Origin: a phage
Sequence record: PZ445523.1
DNA: 64,000 bases
Direction: 5' to 3' (one strand)
This document shows positions 52,181 through 60,441 of the stretch, piece after piece. Made by a program: the position numbers and the translations under genes. Each line of letters begins with the position of its first letter. The stretch's first letter is position 1. A model generated the notes under the pieces. It was given only the letters and a program-made list of their open reading frames with translations. It was not told where the DNA came from and did no database searches.

Positions 52181-53205
52181 ATCTTAGCATATTTAGATAG
52201 TCGCATTTTAGCCATCAACCCCTGGGCAATATTATTTTTCATATATTCCATAATTTGTTCAGTGGTTGCACCTTCCTTTCTAATCATATCATTAACATCT
52301 TTTGATTTCCAGGGAGATTTATCCCAAAACATAACCCTTTCTCCTGCATCAACTAATTTAGTCATTCGCTTAATAGTGTCAGGATGACGAGGTTCATTAT
52401 CTAAAACCCACACACGTCTATCTTTAAATGGAACAACTTCTAGGTCTAATTGACCACCCGTAATAGCTATACCATTTTCAATAAAAAGTGAATCTATAGG
52501 TCCTTCTAGAACATATACATCACCATCTTTAACTCGTTCGACTCCATAGATTTTTGTTGCCTCAGGATAAGCTTTGATGGTGATATATTTTTGAGGAGCA
52601 TCTTTCTTTAATGCACGTCCTTGAAACGACTCAGCTTTTCCATTAGCATTATAAATTGGAATAACAAGACGAGGCTCAGAAATTTCCTTTTTGTATGTTC
52701 CCGGTGCTATACTATTAACTAATTTAGGCCATTCGGTTGTAAACCAAAGATATTTCCATTTATCCTTTGGAATACAACGAGCTTTTACATATTTTATAAT
52801 TGGATGGTCTTCCGCCAGTTTATCTAATCTAACACATGACGGAAGAGATTTAATTATTTTCTTCTCAGGTTGTTTAGGAAGTTCTTTAGGTTTTTCTACT
52901 GGACGACTTTTACCTTTTTCTTTTCTTATTTCAAAGATATACTCACGATATAAATCAGGTTCAAACTCCTTTAAATATATTCCGATTGGTGCATGATAGT
53001 TACAGTTATAACAATGAATATTTCCTTCATTATTATCACCATAATACCATCCACGGGCTTTATTTTGGTCGGTTTTTGAATCTCCACACACTGGGCATCT
53101 AAACCGTAATTTAAAAGTTGAACTATTATTTACTTGTGTGAATTTAGGTAAATGAGCTAATGCACGGTATGCAAACTCATTATCAATCCAAGGTATTGAT
53201 GACAT
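52177..53205 (-). CDS. 61: DNA primase gp61
   Basis: 342 aa, same as T4 gp61; N-terminal zinc ribbon CPVCGDSK ... CYNCNYH. Confidence 0.93.
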   Translation of the reverse strand: MSSIPWIDNEFAYRALAHLPKFTQVNNSSTFKLRFRCPVCGDSKTDQNKARGWYYGDNNEGNIHCYNCNYHAPIGIYLKEFEPDLYREYIFEIRKEKGKSRPVEKPKELPKQPEKKIIKSLPSCVRLDKLAEDHPIIKYVKARCIPKDKWKYLWFTTEWPKLVNSIAPGTYKKEISEPRLVIPIYNANGKAESFQGRALKKDAPQKYITIKAYPEATKIYGVERVKDGDVYVLEGPIDSLFIENGIAITGGQLDLEVVPFKDRRVWVLDNEPRHPDTIKRMTKLVDAGERVMFWDKSPWKSKDVNDMIRKEGATTEQIMEYMKNNIAQGLMAKMRLSKYAKI

Positions 53206-53208
53206 TTT

Positions 53209-53370
53209 TACTCTTCTTTTTCTTTAGATTCCTCTTTTTTCTTTTTAGGAATCTGTTCAGGACCTTTATTTACTACAGCGCCTGACGTTGTTCCAGTAGA
53301 GATATTTTCAGGATTACCACCTGAATCTCCAGCGACCATATCTTCTTTGATAAATTCTTTATATGTTTTC
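53209..53370 (-). CDS. hypothetical small protein (61.1 position)
   Basis: 53 aa hand-translated ORF with Lys/Glu-rich C-terminus. Confidence 0.35.
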
Positions 53371-53373
53371 ATA

Positions 53374-54000
53374 TTAACCTCTATTCATAAAAGCATTAAA
53401 AATTTGGTCATCAATAGAAACATTTACTTTAGACTGTTTTTCAGATGGCAATTCATAACCACATATTACAATTTTATGATCAATATCAAAATACACAGAA
53501 GCAATATGATTAATGATATTTTCAGTGAAGTCTAAATCAACATCAATGTCTTTTTGACCAAAGCCCAAAGGATAAATAATGCGAGTAATTCGATTATCTT
53601 TAACAAAGATTCCACCGACATACTCTGTGCTGCGTTTAAAGTCTACACGCCGACGAAATGAAAAATATTCAGACTCTTTATGAGCTCGGCTTATAGGGCA
53701 CAACGAATAACTAGAATAAGAGATGTCAAATCCTACGCCTTCAATATGAACTAAATTGTCATGATTAAACCAATTATAATCATATGCCAAGTCCATTAGA
53801 TTGTCATATGTGAAAGGCACCGGATTAACATCATTGGTCACAAGCATATAATTAGCAACTGCTATAATTTCATTATTTTTAACGAATACAAACCGTGATT
53901 GATGCGAATGACCTGGACCTGTGTTTTCACGATTAATGATATAACACTGGGCACCTTTATATTTGTACGTGTCTTTACACTTGTGCATTTGATAAAGCAT
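53374..54000 (-). CDS. hypothetical protein (61.2 position)
   Basis: 208 aa ORF. Confidence 0.5.
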   Translation of the reverse strand: MLYQMHKCKDTYKYKGAQCYIINRENTGPGHSHQSRFVFVKNNEIIAVANYMLVTNDVNPVPFTYDNLMDLAYDYNWFNHDNLVHIEGVGFDISYSSYSLCPISRAHKESEYFSFRRRVDFKRSTEYVGGIFVKDNRITRIIYPLGFGQKDIDVDLDFTENIINHIASVYFDIDHKIVICGYELPSEKQSKVNVSIDDQIFNAFMNRG

Positions 54001-54293
54001 TATTCACCTACCACTTCAGCGATGATATTTTTATTATTAAAGTTTTTATCGCAATACAGAACATAATTATACTGCATTACACCGCCAGACTTAAGTTGTT
54101 TTTGTACTTCAGCTTTCATTTCAGGACGATCACGCTCAACGATATTCATAATATCTGCTTCAATTTGAGTTTCAACCTCAGTCTGATCCGCAGTCATAGA
54201 CCATTCACACAAATCTTTATCATAACCTGCCATAGCAGGCTGAGCAGCACAAGAAGCTAAAGCAAAAATTGTAACAAAGATAAATTTTTTCAT
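54000..54293 (-). CDS. sp: Spackle-like periplasmic protein
   Basis: 97 aa with signal peptide MKKFIFVTIFALASCAAQPAMA; T4 Sp size and position. Confidence 0.7.
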   Translation of the reverse strand: MKKFIFVTIFALASCAAQPAMAGYDKDLCEWSMTADQTEVETQIEADIMNIVERDRPEMKAEVQKQLKSGGVMQYNYVLYCDKNFNNKNIIAEVVGE

Positions 54294-54353
54294 GATAATC
54301 TCCTCAGTAGTTTATGTTTATATAGTATCTCAATTTCCAACAAAAGTAAACAG

Positions 54354-54653
54354 CTATTTTAAAATTTCTGCGTAATCACATGTTACAAGCTGTTTCTCTA
54401 GCTTGACGATTTTACGAAAGTATCTTTTGCATTGGCGAATCTGCCGCTTCGTAGGGCGAACAACAAACTTAATAAATTCCACTCGACCAAATGGAGGACT
54501 TTCTTCTGCTGGAATATCTAACACCAATTCCCACGTATCTGCAATAAGTGCTTTAAATTGCGTATTTTTCCTGACGTTATACGGAGTAGGTTTAAATAAA
54601 ACAATATGCATATTATCCTCGGCAATCCACTTCACATACTTTCTTGTCATCAA
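54354..54653 (-). CDS. hypothetical protein (61.4 position)
   Basis: 99 aa frame; likely start at internal MHIVLF. Confidence 0.45.
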   Translation of the reverse strand: MMTRKYVKWIAEDNMHIVLFKPTPYNVRKNTQFKALIADTWELVLDIPAEESPPFGRVEFIKFVVRPTKRQIRQCKRYFRKIVKLEKQLVTCDYAEILK

Positions 54654-54795
54654 TGAAAGCTTTAACTAATGCTTTATTAACTTCAGCATATTGAGCAGTA
54701 GCCCATTGAACGTCATCTTTCATCATTGTGGTTTCTTTAGTAAACATGCTTTCATTCTTAAACCACCCCATAAAAACTACCTTTACCAATTCCAT
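54613..54795 (-). CDS. dmd: Dmd antitoxin (discriminator of mRNA degradation)
   Basis: 60 aa; MELVKVVFMGWFKNESMFTKE matches T4 Dmd. Confidence 0.85.
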   Translation of the reverse strand: MELVKVVFMGWFKNESMFTKETTMMKDDVQWATAQYAEVNKALVKAFIDDKKVCEVDCRG

Positions 54796-54853
54796 AACAA
54801 TCTCCTCATTTAACCAACAAGACTACTATACCATAGTCTTGTCAGCTTGTAAA

Positions 54854-56281
54854 CTAAAATTTTAATTCATTTGCCAAAGCATCTAACTGAGCTCGAGTCG
54901 ATTCATTTCTTTGATAGCGATTCTGTTCAGCCTGAATCTGTTGTGAACCTGCTACTTCGTTCACTTCAGTTGGAGTAGAATCTTGTTCAATTTCTACCCA
55001 TTTTTGATTTCCTTTTTGAACACCCATCAAAAACTTATTCCACTTATTCTTATCACCATATCGTGATTTGATTTGCTTAATGAGTTGTTGTTCAGCAGCT
55101 GCTAACTCCTCGGTTTCAATGACCGCAAGCATAAAATCAGCTGTTGCTGGAAGACCAGCAGATTCTGCAATATCGCTCATGTTAACATCAGAAGAATCCC
55201 AAGCTTGTTTGCCGACCTGCGCTGCAGTCCAAAGAACAGTTTCGGTTTCAACAGCCAGAGCACGCAATTCCTCTGCAATAGCTTTAACAGTTGTGTAACT
55301 ATTTTCTGAATAAACTCTAATGCGGCAAGATTTACAAATACCTAGATAGTCGACAATAATGATAGTTGGAACAAAATTCTTCTTGAGCTTCAATTCATTC
55401 AAGAGAGACCTGAATGTGTTAGCATCTGCTCCACCAGTAGGATACTGTTTAACAATTAAACGACCGAGAGTAGATTTCTCACGCCATTTTTCCATTTTTC
55501 CTTTATACTCAGCGTAAGAAATATGCCCATCATCAATATCATCAAGAGAAACATCAAGCATATTAGCATCAATACGCTTAGCACAGACTTCTTCTGCCAT
55601 TTCCATGGAAATGTAAAGAACATTATGTCCGAGCTGCAAATAATCTGCTGCCAATGAACACAATCCTAATGACTTACCAACGTTAACTCCAGCCATTAAA
55701 ACGTTCAGTGTTCCAGTCTCAGCTCCGCCTTTAGTAATTTTGTTTAGAATTCTGAGTTTAAATGGAACCTTACGAGCTTTATTCATATAAGATAGCCAAC
55801 GTGCTTCGTAGTCATCCATCCAATCATGGCCAACGTAGCTATCAAATGAAATAGATAATGCTTGGCGCATGATGTCAGGAATAGCACCAACATCCGGCAT
55901 TTTCTTATTTCGTTTTTCCGGAGGAAGCTCAGCATTAGTTTGAATTTCGATTATTTTAGACGTAGCATTAAACATCGCCCTTTGCTGAACATATTTTTCT
56001 GTTTCTTTTATTAACCAACTGTGGTCTTCCGGAGAATCAGCTAGTTTTGAAATAAGTGTTTTTACACCAGAATATTCTGTTTCAGTAAATGAACTATTTT
56101 CTAATGCAACATTTAACGCATTAATAGATGGAACGCTATGATACTCATTGACATGAGATTTAATTAATTTGAATGTATTTTTAGCTGGACCACTTTCAAA
56201 ATATTCTGAATCCATATATGGCCAAACTTTTGAAAAATAAGCTTGATCAAATATGAGATGAGAAAGAATAATTTCTACCAC
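54854..56281 (-). CDS. 41: replicative DNA helicase gp41
   Basis: 475 aa, same as T4 gp41; DnaB-family Walker A GVNVGKS. Confidence 0.95.
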   Translation of the reverse strand: MVEIILSHLIFDQAYFSKVWPYMDSEYFESGPAKNTFKLIKSHVNEYHSVPSINALNVALENSSFTETEYSGVKTLISKLADSPEDHSWLIKETEKYVQQRAMFNATSKIIEIQTNAELPPEKRNKKMPDVGAIPDIMRQALSISFDSYVGHDWMDDYEARWLSYMNKARKVPFKLRILNKITKGGAETGTLNVLMAGVNVGKSLGLCSLAADYLQLGHNVLYISMEMAEEVCAKRIDANMLDVSLDDIDDGHISYAEYKGKMEKWREKSTLGRLIVKQYPTGGADANTFRSLLNELKLKKNFVPTIIIVDYLGICKSCRIRVYSENSYTTVKAIAEELRALAVETETVLWTAAQVGKQAWDSSDVNMSDIAESAGLPATADFMLAVIETEELAAAEQQLIKQIKSRYGDKNKWNKFLMGVQKGNQKWVEIEQDSTPTEVNEVAGSQQIQAEQNRYQRNESTRAQLDALANELKF

Positions 56282-56290
56282 ACTTACTCC

Positions 56291-56653
56291 TTAAAAGAAT
56301 TTAAATTTTTTCTTTGACCTTTTATTAAATGCATCTTGTAGTTGCATTGTAATACATTTTTCTACATGAGGAGCTAACTCAGCTTTTCTTTCTTGGTCAA
56401 GAACAGCAAAGTCCATTACAACCTTTCCATCAACCCAATCCAGTTTTGTTACATACACTATATGTGTAGAACCATCTTCTAGTTTAATGACAATCTCCTG
56501 GATAACATTTTCCATAGCGGATTTAATTATCTTAAGAGATTCATTAAAAAGACGTTCTTTTCTTTCTTCTTCCCCCTCCGAAGAGGGGGATTCATCGATA
56601 ATTTCTAGATCTAAATCTAAATCATCTTTATTCATTAAATTCTTCCATATCAC
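56291..56653 (-). CDS. 40: head vertex assembly chaperone gp40
   Basis: 120 aa frame (likely start at MNKDD, 56635) between uvsX and 41. Confidence 0.6.
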   Translation of the reverse strand: MIWKNLMNKDDLDLDLEIIDESPSSEGEEERKERLFNESLKIIKSAMENVIQEIVIKLEDGSTHIVYVTKLDWVDGKVVMDFAVLDQERKAELAPHVEKCITMQLQDAFNKRSKKKFKFF

Positions 56654-57809
56654 TTAACTGTTCGAGGTCAGTTTCTAAATCAGCAGCTGATTTACTTTTA
56701 CTTTCTGGAGATTTAAATTTTTCAACCTTTGAGTTAATCAATTCATCGACTTCAGCCTCAACAATTTCATTACTATCAATAGCACCTAACTGATAAGCAC
56801 GTTTAATAGCATCTCGGAATGGTTGATGCTTAAATAAAGGACCCCAGAATGTAGTGCAGTTGGTATCTTTTGCACGCCAAGATTTTTCTTCGCGAATCAT
56901 CTCGCCGGTTTCTTCATCAAGAAATTCACGAGCATACCAACCATTCTTAGGTTTTACCACGAATCCTAATTCTAGAGCCATATCTAACAATCCAGAATAA
57001 GGATCGATACCACCGTCAAATTTAACATCAATAAAGAATTTACTTTTTTCTTTAACGGTACGAGATTTTTCTACATTTAGAACAAATTGATACCCCTGAA
57101 GATCAGAACCATCTTTAATCTGGCGCTTACCGATAATGAATACAGTATCAGCCGAATACATTACGCCTGTACCACCTGTCATCACGGTTTTACTAAACAT
57201 TTCAATGGTTTCAATTGTATGGTTAACCGCAACACATGGAATATTTTTAATGCTAAAATAAGGAGTAACAATACGGAATAATGACTTCAGTGATTTAGCA
57301 CGAGTCATATCTGCCACAGATTTTTCATTCAAGGCATCTTCCGTTTCTTTCTTAGAAGCCATATTACCAATTGAGTCGATGAATACAATAACCTTTTCAC
57401 CACGCTCAATAGCTTCAAGCTGATTCACCATATCAATTTTCAGTTGTTCAACTGACTGGATTGGCGTATGAATTACTCGTTCTGGGTCAACTCCCATGGA
57501 TCGCAAATAAGCTGGAGTAATACCAAATTCGCTATCATAGAATAGACAAACTGCATCAGGATATTTGTTCAAATACGCTGCAACCATAGTCAAAGACATA
57601 TTTGATTTAAAGTGTTTAGAAGGCCCTGCGAAAATAGTTAAACCAGACTGCATACCGCCATCAATCGCGCCAGAAATAGCAATATTAAGCATTGGGATTT
57701 TTGTACGGATTACATCCTTTTCATTAAAGAATTTAGATGTAGTCAGTTCAGCAGTCATTTTAGAAGTGGAAGCTTTAATCAAACGGGATTTTAAATCTGC
57801 AATAGACAT
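56628..57809 (-). CDS. uvsX: UvsX recombinase (RecA-like)
   Basis: 393 aa; near-identical in recalled stretches to T4 UvsX; Walker A GPSKHFKS. Confidence 0.95.
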   Translation of the reverse strand: MSIADLKSRLIKASTSKMTAELTTSKFFNEKDVIRTKIPMLNIAISGAIDGGMQSGLTIFAGPSKHFKSNMSLTMVAAYLNKYPDAVCLFYDSEFGITPAYLRSMGVDPERVIHTPIQSVEQLKIDMVNQLEAIERGEKVIVFIDSIGNMASKKETEDALNEKSVADMTRAKSLKSLFRIVTPYFSIKNIPCVAVNHTIETIEMFSKTVMTGGTGVMYSADTVFIIGKRQIKDGSDLQGYQFVLNVEKSRTVKEKSKFFIDVKFDGGIDPYSGLLDMALELGFVVKPKNGWYAREFLDEETGEMIREEKSWRAKDTNCTTFWGPLFKHQPFRDAIKRAYQLGAIDSNEIVEAEVDELINSKVEKFKSPESKSKSAADLETDLEQLSDMEEFNE

Positions 57810-57834
57810 TCATTTTTTCCATAGGCATCATTAT

Positions 57835-57895
57835 ATTTTCCTCACTGGTTAAAGATAGAGTAATTATAACACAATAAATTTAGGCATTAATCAAC
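57835..57895 (-). promoter_or_regulatory. MotA-type middle promoter for uvsX
   Basis: Minus strand AATGCCTAA (MotA-box-like), about 11 nt, TGTTATAAT extended -10 upstream of uvsX. Confidence 0.5.
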
Positions 57896-58735
57896 TGCTA
57901 TTGGATGAATAGCATTAAACTTATGAAATGCTTCTGATTTTTCTTTACGCGAAACACACATGCGAAGAACCTTTAGTGGTTCATCTTCTTCACCCAACGA
58001 TTTTCGTTTTTCAATATTCGATGTTTTCCAACGAGCTTGCTCTGGAAACTCTCTATTGATTTGTTCAAGCGCTCTATTATGTTTAGAATTACTACGAATT
58101 GAACTACACCCACCGGGAGCGTGTGATTTTCCAGATACAACCAGATATTTGAACAAGGCCAAATGCGGATAACCTTGATTAATTAAATTGAGAAATGCAT
58201 ACATATCTTCGCATAAATCAATTTTTCCGTACCCAATTTGTTCTGTGGTAAGTTTTCCGAGGTCATACCATGTATTCGTGAATCCATATGAATTTTCACG
58301 ATAATTACCCCAAGATGAAGTAATTTTAAAAATTGGTAAACGAGCATGACCATGATAATACCCGCAATCCATGGCATCCTCAACATATTGAATCAATTCA
58401 TAGAACTGTTCACGAGTCAATTGATTGACTTTATCTACACAACGCCGATCATCTCTTTTTCGCATTGAACTCATACGAATAGTAGTATCATCGTCAATCA
58501 TCCAGATTCGTTGACCTGCATACATATCAGTAATTGCTTTACGAGTTCCGGCAATTCCGTTTACATCATCAGGAATAGTTATAATTTTAGCTCTAGACCC
58601 ATAGGCATCATAATAAGCTTTTTCTTCGTGTTCACGCACTACAATATGTGGTTCATAATCAGTCGGAAACATATCAAGGGCAGAAACTGCCCCGACACGC
58701 TGATAGCTTGGAATTACGAATTGAATCATTTCCAC
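57887..58735 (-). CDS. DNA glucosyltransferase, GT-A-like with DxD motif (T2/T6 beta-alpha-gt type)
   Basis: 282 aa at the locus where T4 carries the 351 aa beta-gt; RIWMIDDDTT DxD motif. Confidence 0.6.
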   Translation of the reverse strand: MEMIQFVIPSYQRVGAVSALDMFPTDYEPHIVVREHEEKAYYDAYGSRAKIITIPDDVNGIAGTRKAITDMYAGQRIWMIDDDTTIRMSSMRKRDDRRCVDKVNQLTREQFYELIQYVEDAMDCGYYHGHARLPIFKITSSWGNYRENSYGFTNTWYDLGKLTTEQIGYGKIDLCEDMYAFLNLINQGYPHLALFKYLVVSGKSHAPGGCSSIRSNSKHNRALEQINREFPEQARWKTSNIEKRKSLGEEDEPLKVLRMCVSRKEKSEAFHKFNAIHPIAVD

Positions 58736-59466
58736 TCACCGTTATAATCTTTTTTCACAATATGAGTTTCGCCAGTATTCCACCAATGATCAACCAAGTA
58801 AAAATGACGAGAATATACATGAAGACTTCCAACATTCCATATAATAGAACCTGCTTTATACTGACGAGTTGAATCGCCTGCATTCAAATCAGATACTAAT
58901 TTATCTAATACGTATTTTTGCCATGCATAATCATTACGGAATCCGAAGACCACGTCATTTGAGCGCATGCTTACTACTGCATTGACTTTCTTATCACGAA
59001 TCAGGTACTGTACTGTATTAGTACACATGAAATCTGACATACCATCTTTATTGTAGTCAAATTGCATGGATGGACGAGTATAAATCATGATACCACGTCG
59101 AGAATCAGGATTTTGACCAAGTTCAGCTAAACACATATCATACTGAGCATAGTTATCTTCTGACCAGATAGCCCAACCATAATTCGAGTTAATTTCGCCT
59201 TTAGAAGATGCTACCTGCTGCCAAATCTTTGGTGTTTCACCTGGAATATCTTTAACAAACAAGCTTTTAGATTTATACCATTCAAGTTCACGCTGAATGT
59301 ATTCATCATTAAGAGCGCCAAAAATAAACGGTTCATCTGCTACAAATGATGCGCCAATAATTTCAATAGTTTTAACACCAGTTTTATCAACTACGAAATC
59401 TTTTTCTTTTAATGCAAGCCCCAAATGAAGACGGATTTCTTCAACTGTCATAGAGTCACTAATCAT
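58726..59466 (-). CDS. 42: dCMP hydroxymethylase
   Basis: 246 aa, same as T4 gp42; thymidylate-synthase-like fold. Confidence 0.92.
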   Translation of the reverse strand: MISDSMTVEEIRLHLGLALKEKDFVVDKTGVKTIEIIGASFVADEPFIFGALNDEYIQRELEWYKSKSLFVKDIPGETPKIWQQVASSKGEINSNYGWAIWSEDNYAQYDMCLAELGQNPDSRRGIMIYTRPSMQFDYNKDGMSDFMCTNTVQYLIRDKKVNAVVSMRSNDVVFGFRNDYAWQKYVLDKLVSDLNAGDSTRQYKAGSIIWNVGSLHVYSRHFYLVDHWWNTGETHIVKKDYNGEWK

Positions 59467-59619
59467 TTAAACCTCAATTGATACATTCATATTTAACTTG
59501 TAACAGTAATAAGCTCCAACCTAAAATAATAGTTGGAATCATAAGAGGAACCGTTACACTATAGTATATACTTATTATAATCATCAAGATTAAAAGCAAT
59601 GCTGCTATAATTTTGCTTT

Positions 59620-59871
59620 TCATTCCTTCTCTCTGATGATAATTACTTGATTTGGCTGTGCAGACTTTTTGGTTTCACCCGCAATTGACCAAATAAATGT
59701 AATAAACCAACCAATAATTGACCAGTTAAACAGTAAAGACGTGAAAAAGATTCCTACTGTCGATTTTGACCCACGCATCAAGGCGATAAACCATGGAAGC
59801 ATGTATATAATAATAGCCAACACACCTGAAACTAAAACCATAAAAATTGAACCTGCTACTAAAGTTTCCAT
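59620..59871 (-). CDS. imm: immunity (superinfection exclusion) membrane protein
   Basis: 83 aa, two TM helices; matches T4 Imm. Confidence 0.85.
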   Translation of the reverse strand: METLVAGSIFMVLVSGVLAIIIYMLPWFIALMRGSKSTVGIFFTSLLFNWSIIGWFITFIWSIAGETKKSAQPNQVIIIREKE

Positions 59872-59878
59872 GTTTTCC

Positions 59879-60259
59879 TCACTTAGTCAAATTTTTTACA
59901 CATGAATTATAAGAATTCACTACATACTCCATCGGAGCATTTTTACCTGTACGCCATTGGTAATTATTAGCCCAATTTGCCCAAAGTTCAGCGCAGTAGT
60001 TTTCAATTTTTTCTTCGCGTGTAATTACATCCGAATTACGATATGCTTGAGCAGATTCATCTGGACGAATAGCTTCGTCAAAATTCGCCTGCATTTGTTC
60101 TACTGTCTGTTTTGGAGCTTCTTTATAACACTTGACATTAGGATTATAAAATTTGCTTGAACAGTTTACAATTTTTCCTACATCAGACTGATTTACTACC
60201 GGTCCTTGAGCTACACAACCAGTAAGACCTAATGCAATAACCAAAATAGCGATTTTCAT
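59879..60259 (-). CDS. putative lipoprotein (imm.1 position)
   Basis: Start taken at MKIAILVIALGLTGC (lipobox); track ORF extension to 60370 reads through promoter repeat. Confidence 0.5.
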   Translation of the reverse strand: MKIAILVIALGLTGCVAQGPVVNQSDVGKIVNCSSKFYNPNVKCYKEAPKQTVEQMQANFDEAIRPDESAQAYRNSDVITREEKIENYCAELWANWANNYQWRTGKNAPMEYVVNSYNSCVKNLTK

Positions 60260-60284
60260 TTCATTCTCCAAATCCGTATCAGTT

Positions 60285-60323
60285 GATAGTTGTATAGTAC
60301 CACAGAGGAACAGTCTTGTAAAC
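60285..60323 (-). promoter_or_regulatory. phage early promoter (repeat family copy) upstream of imm.1/imm
   Basis: Minus strand GTTTAC (60323-60318), 18 nt, TGGTACTAT (60302-60294). Confidence 0.6.
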
Positions 60324-60402
60324 AGTTTTGTGAAAAAATTTTTTAATGAATTCAAAGGGTCCAGAATCATCTGTTTTTCATAAGTATAGATTTATATTAC
60401 TT

Positions 60403-60422
60403 GTATGAAAAAGGGACCCGGA
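60403..60422 (-). other. intercistronic hairpin between 43 and imm.1 promoter
   Basis: GGGACC-CGGA-GGTCCC. Confidence 0.45.
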
Positions 60423-60441
60423 GGTCCCTAGATTTATTCTA

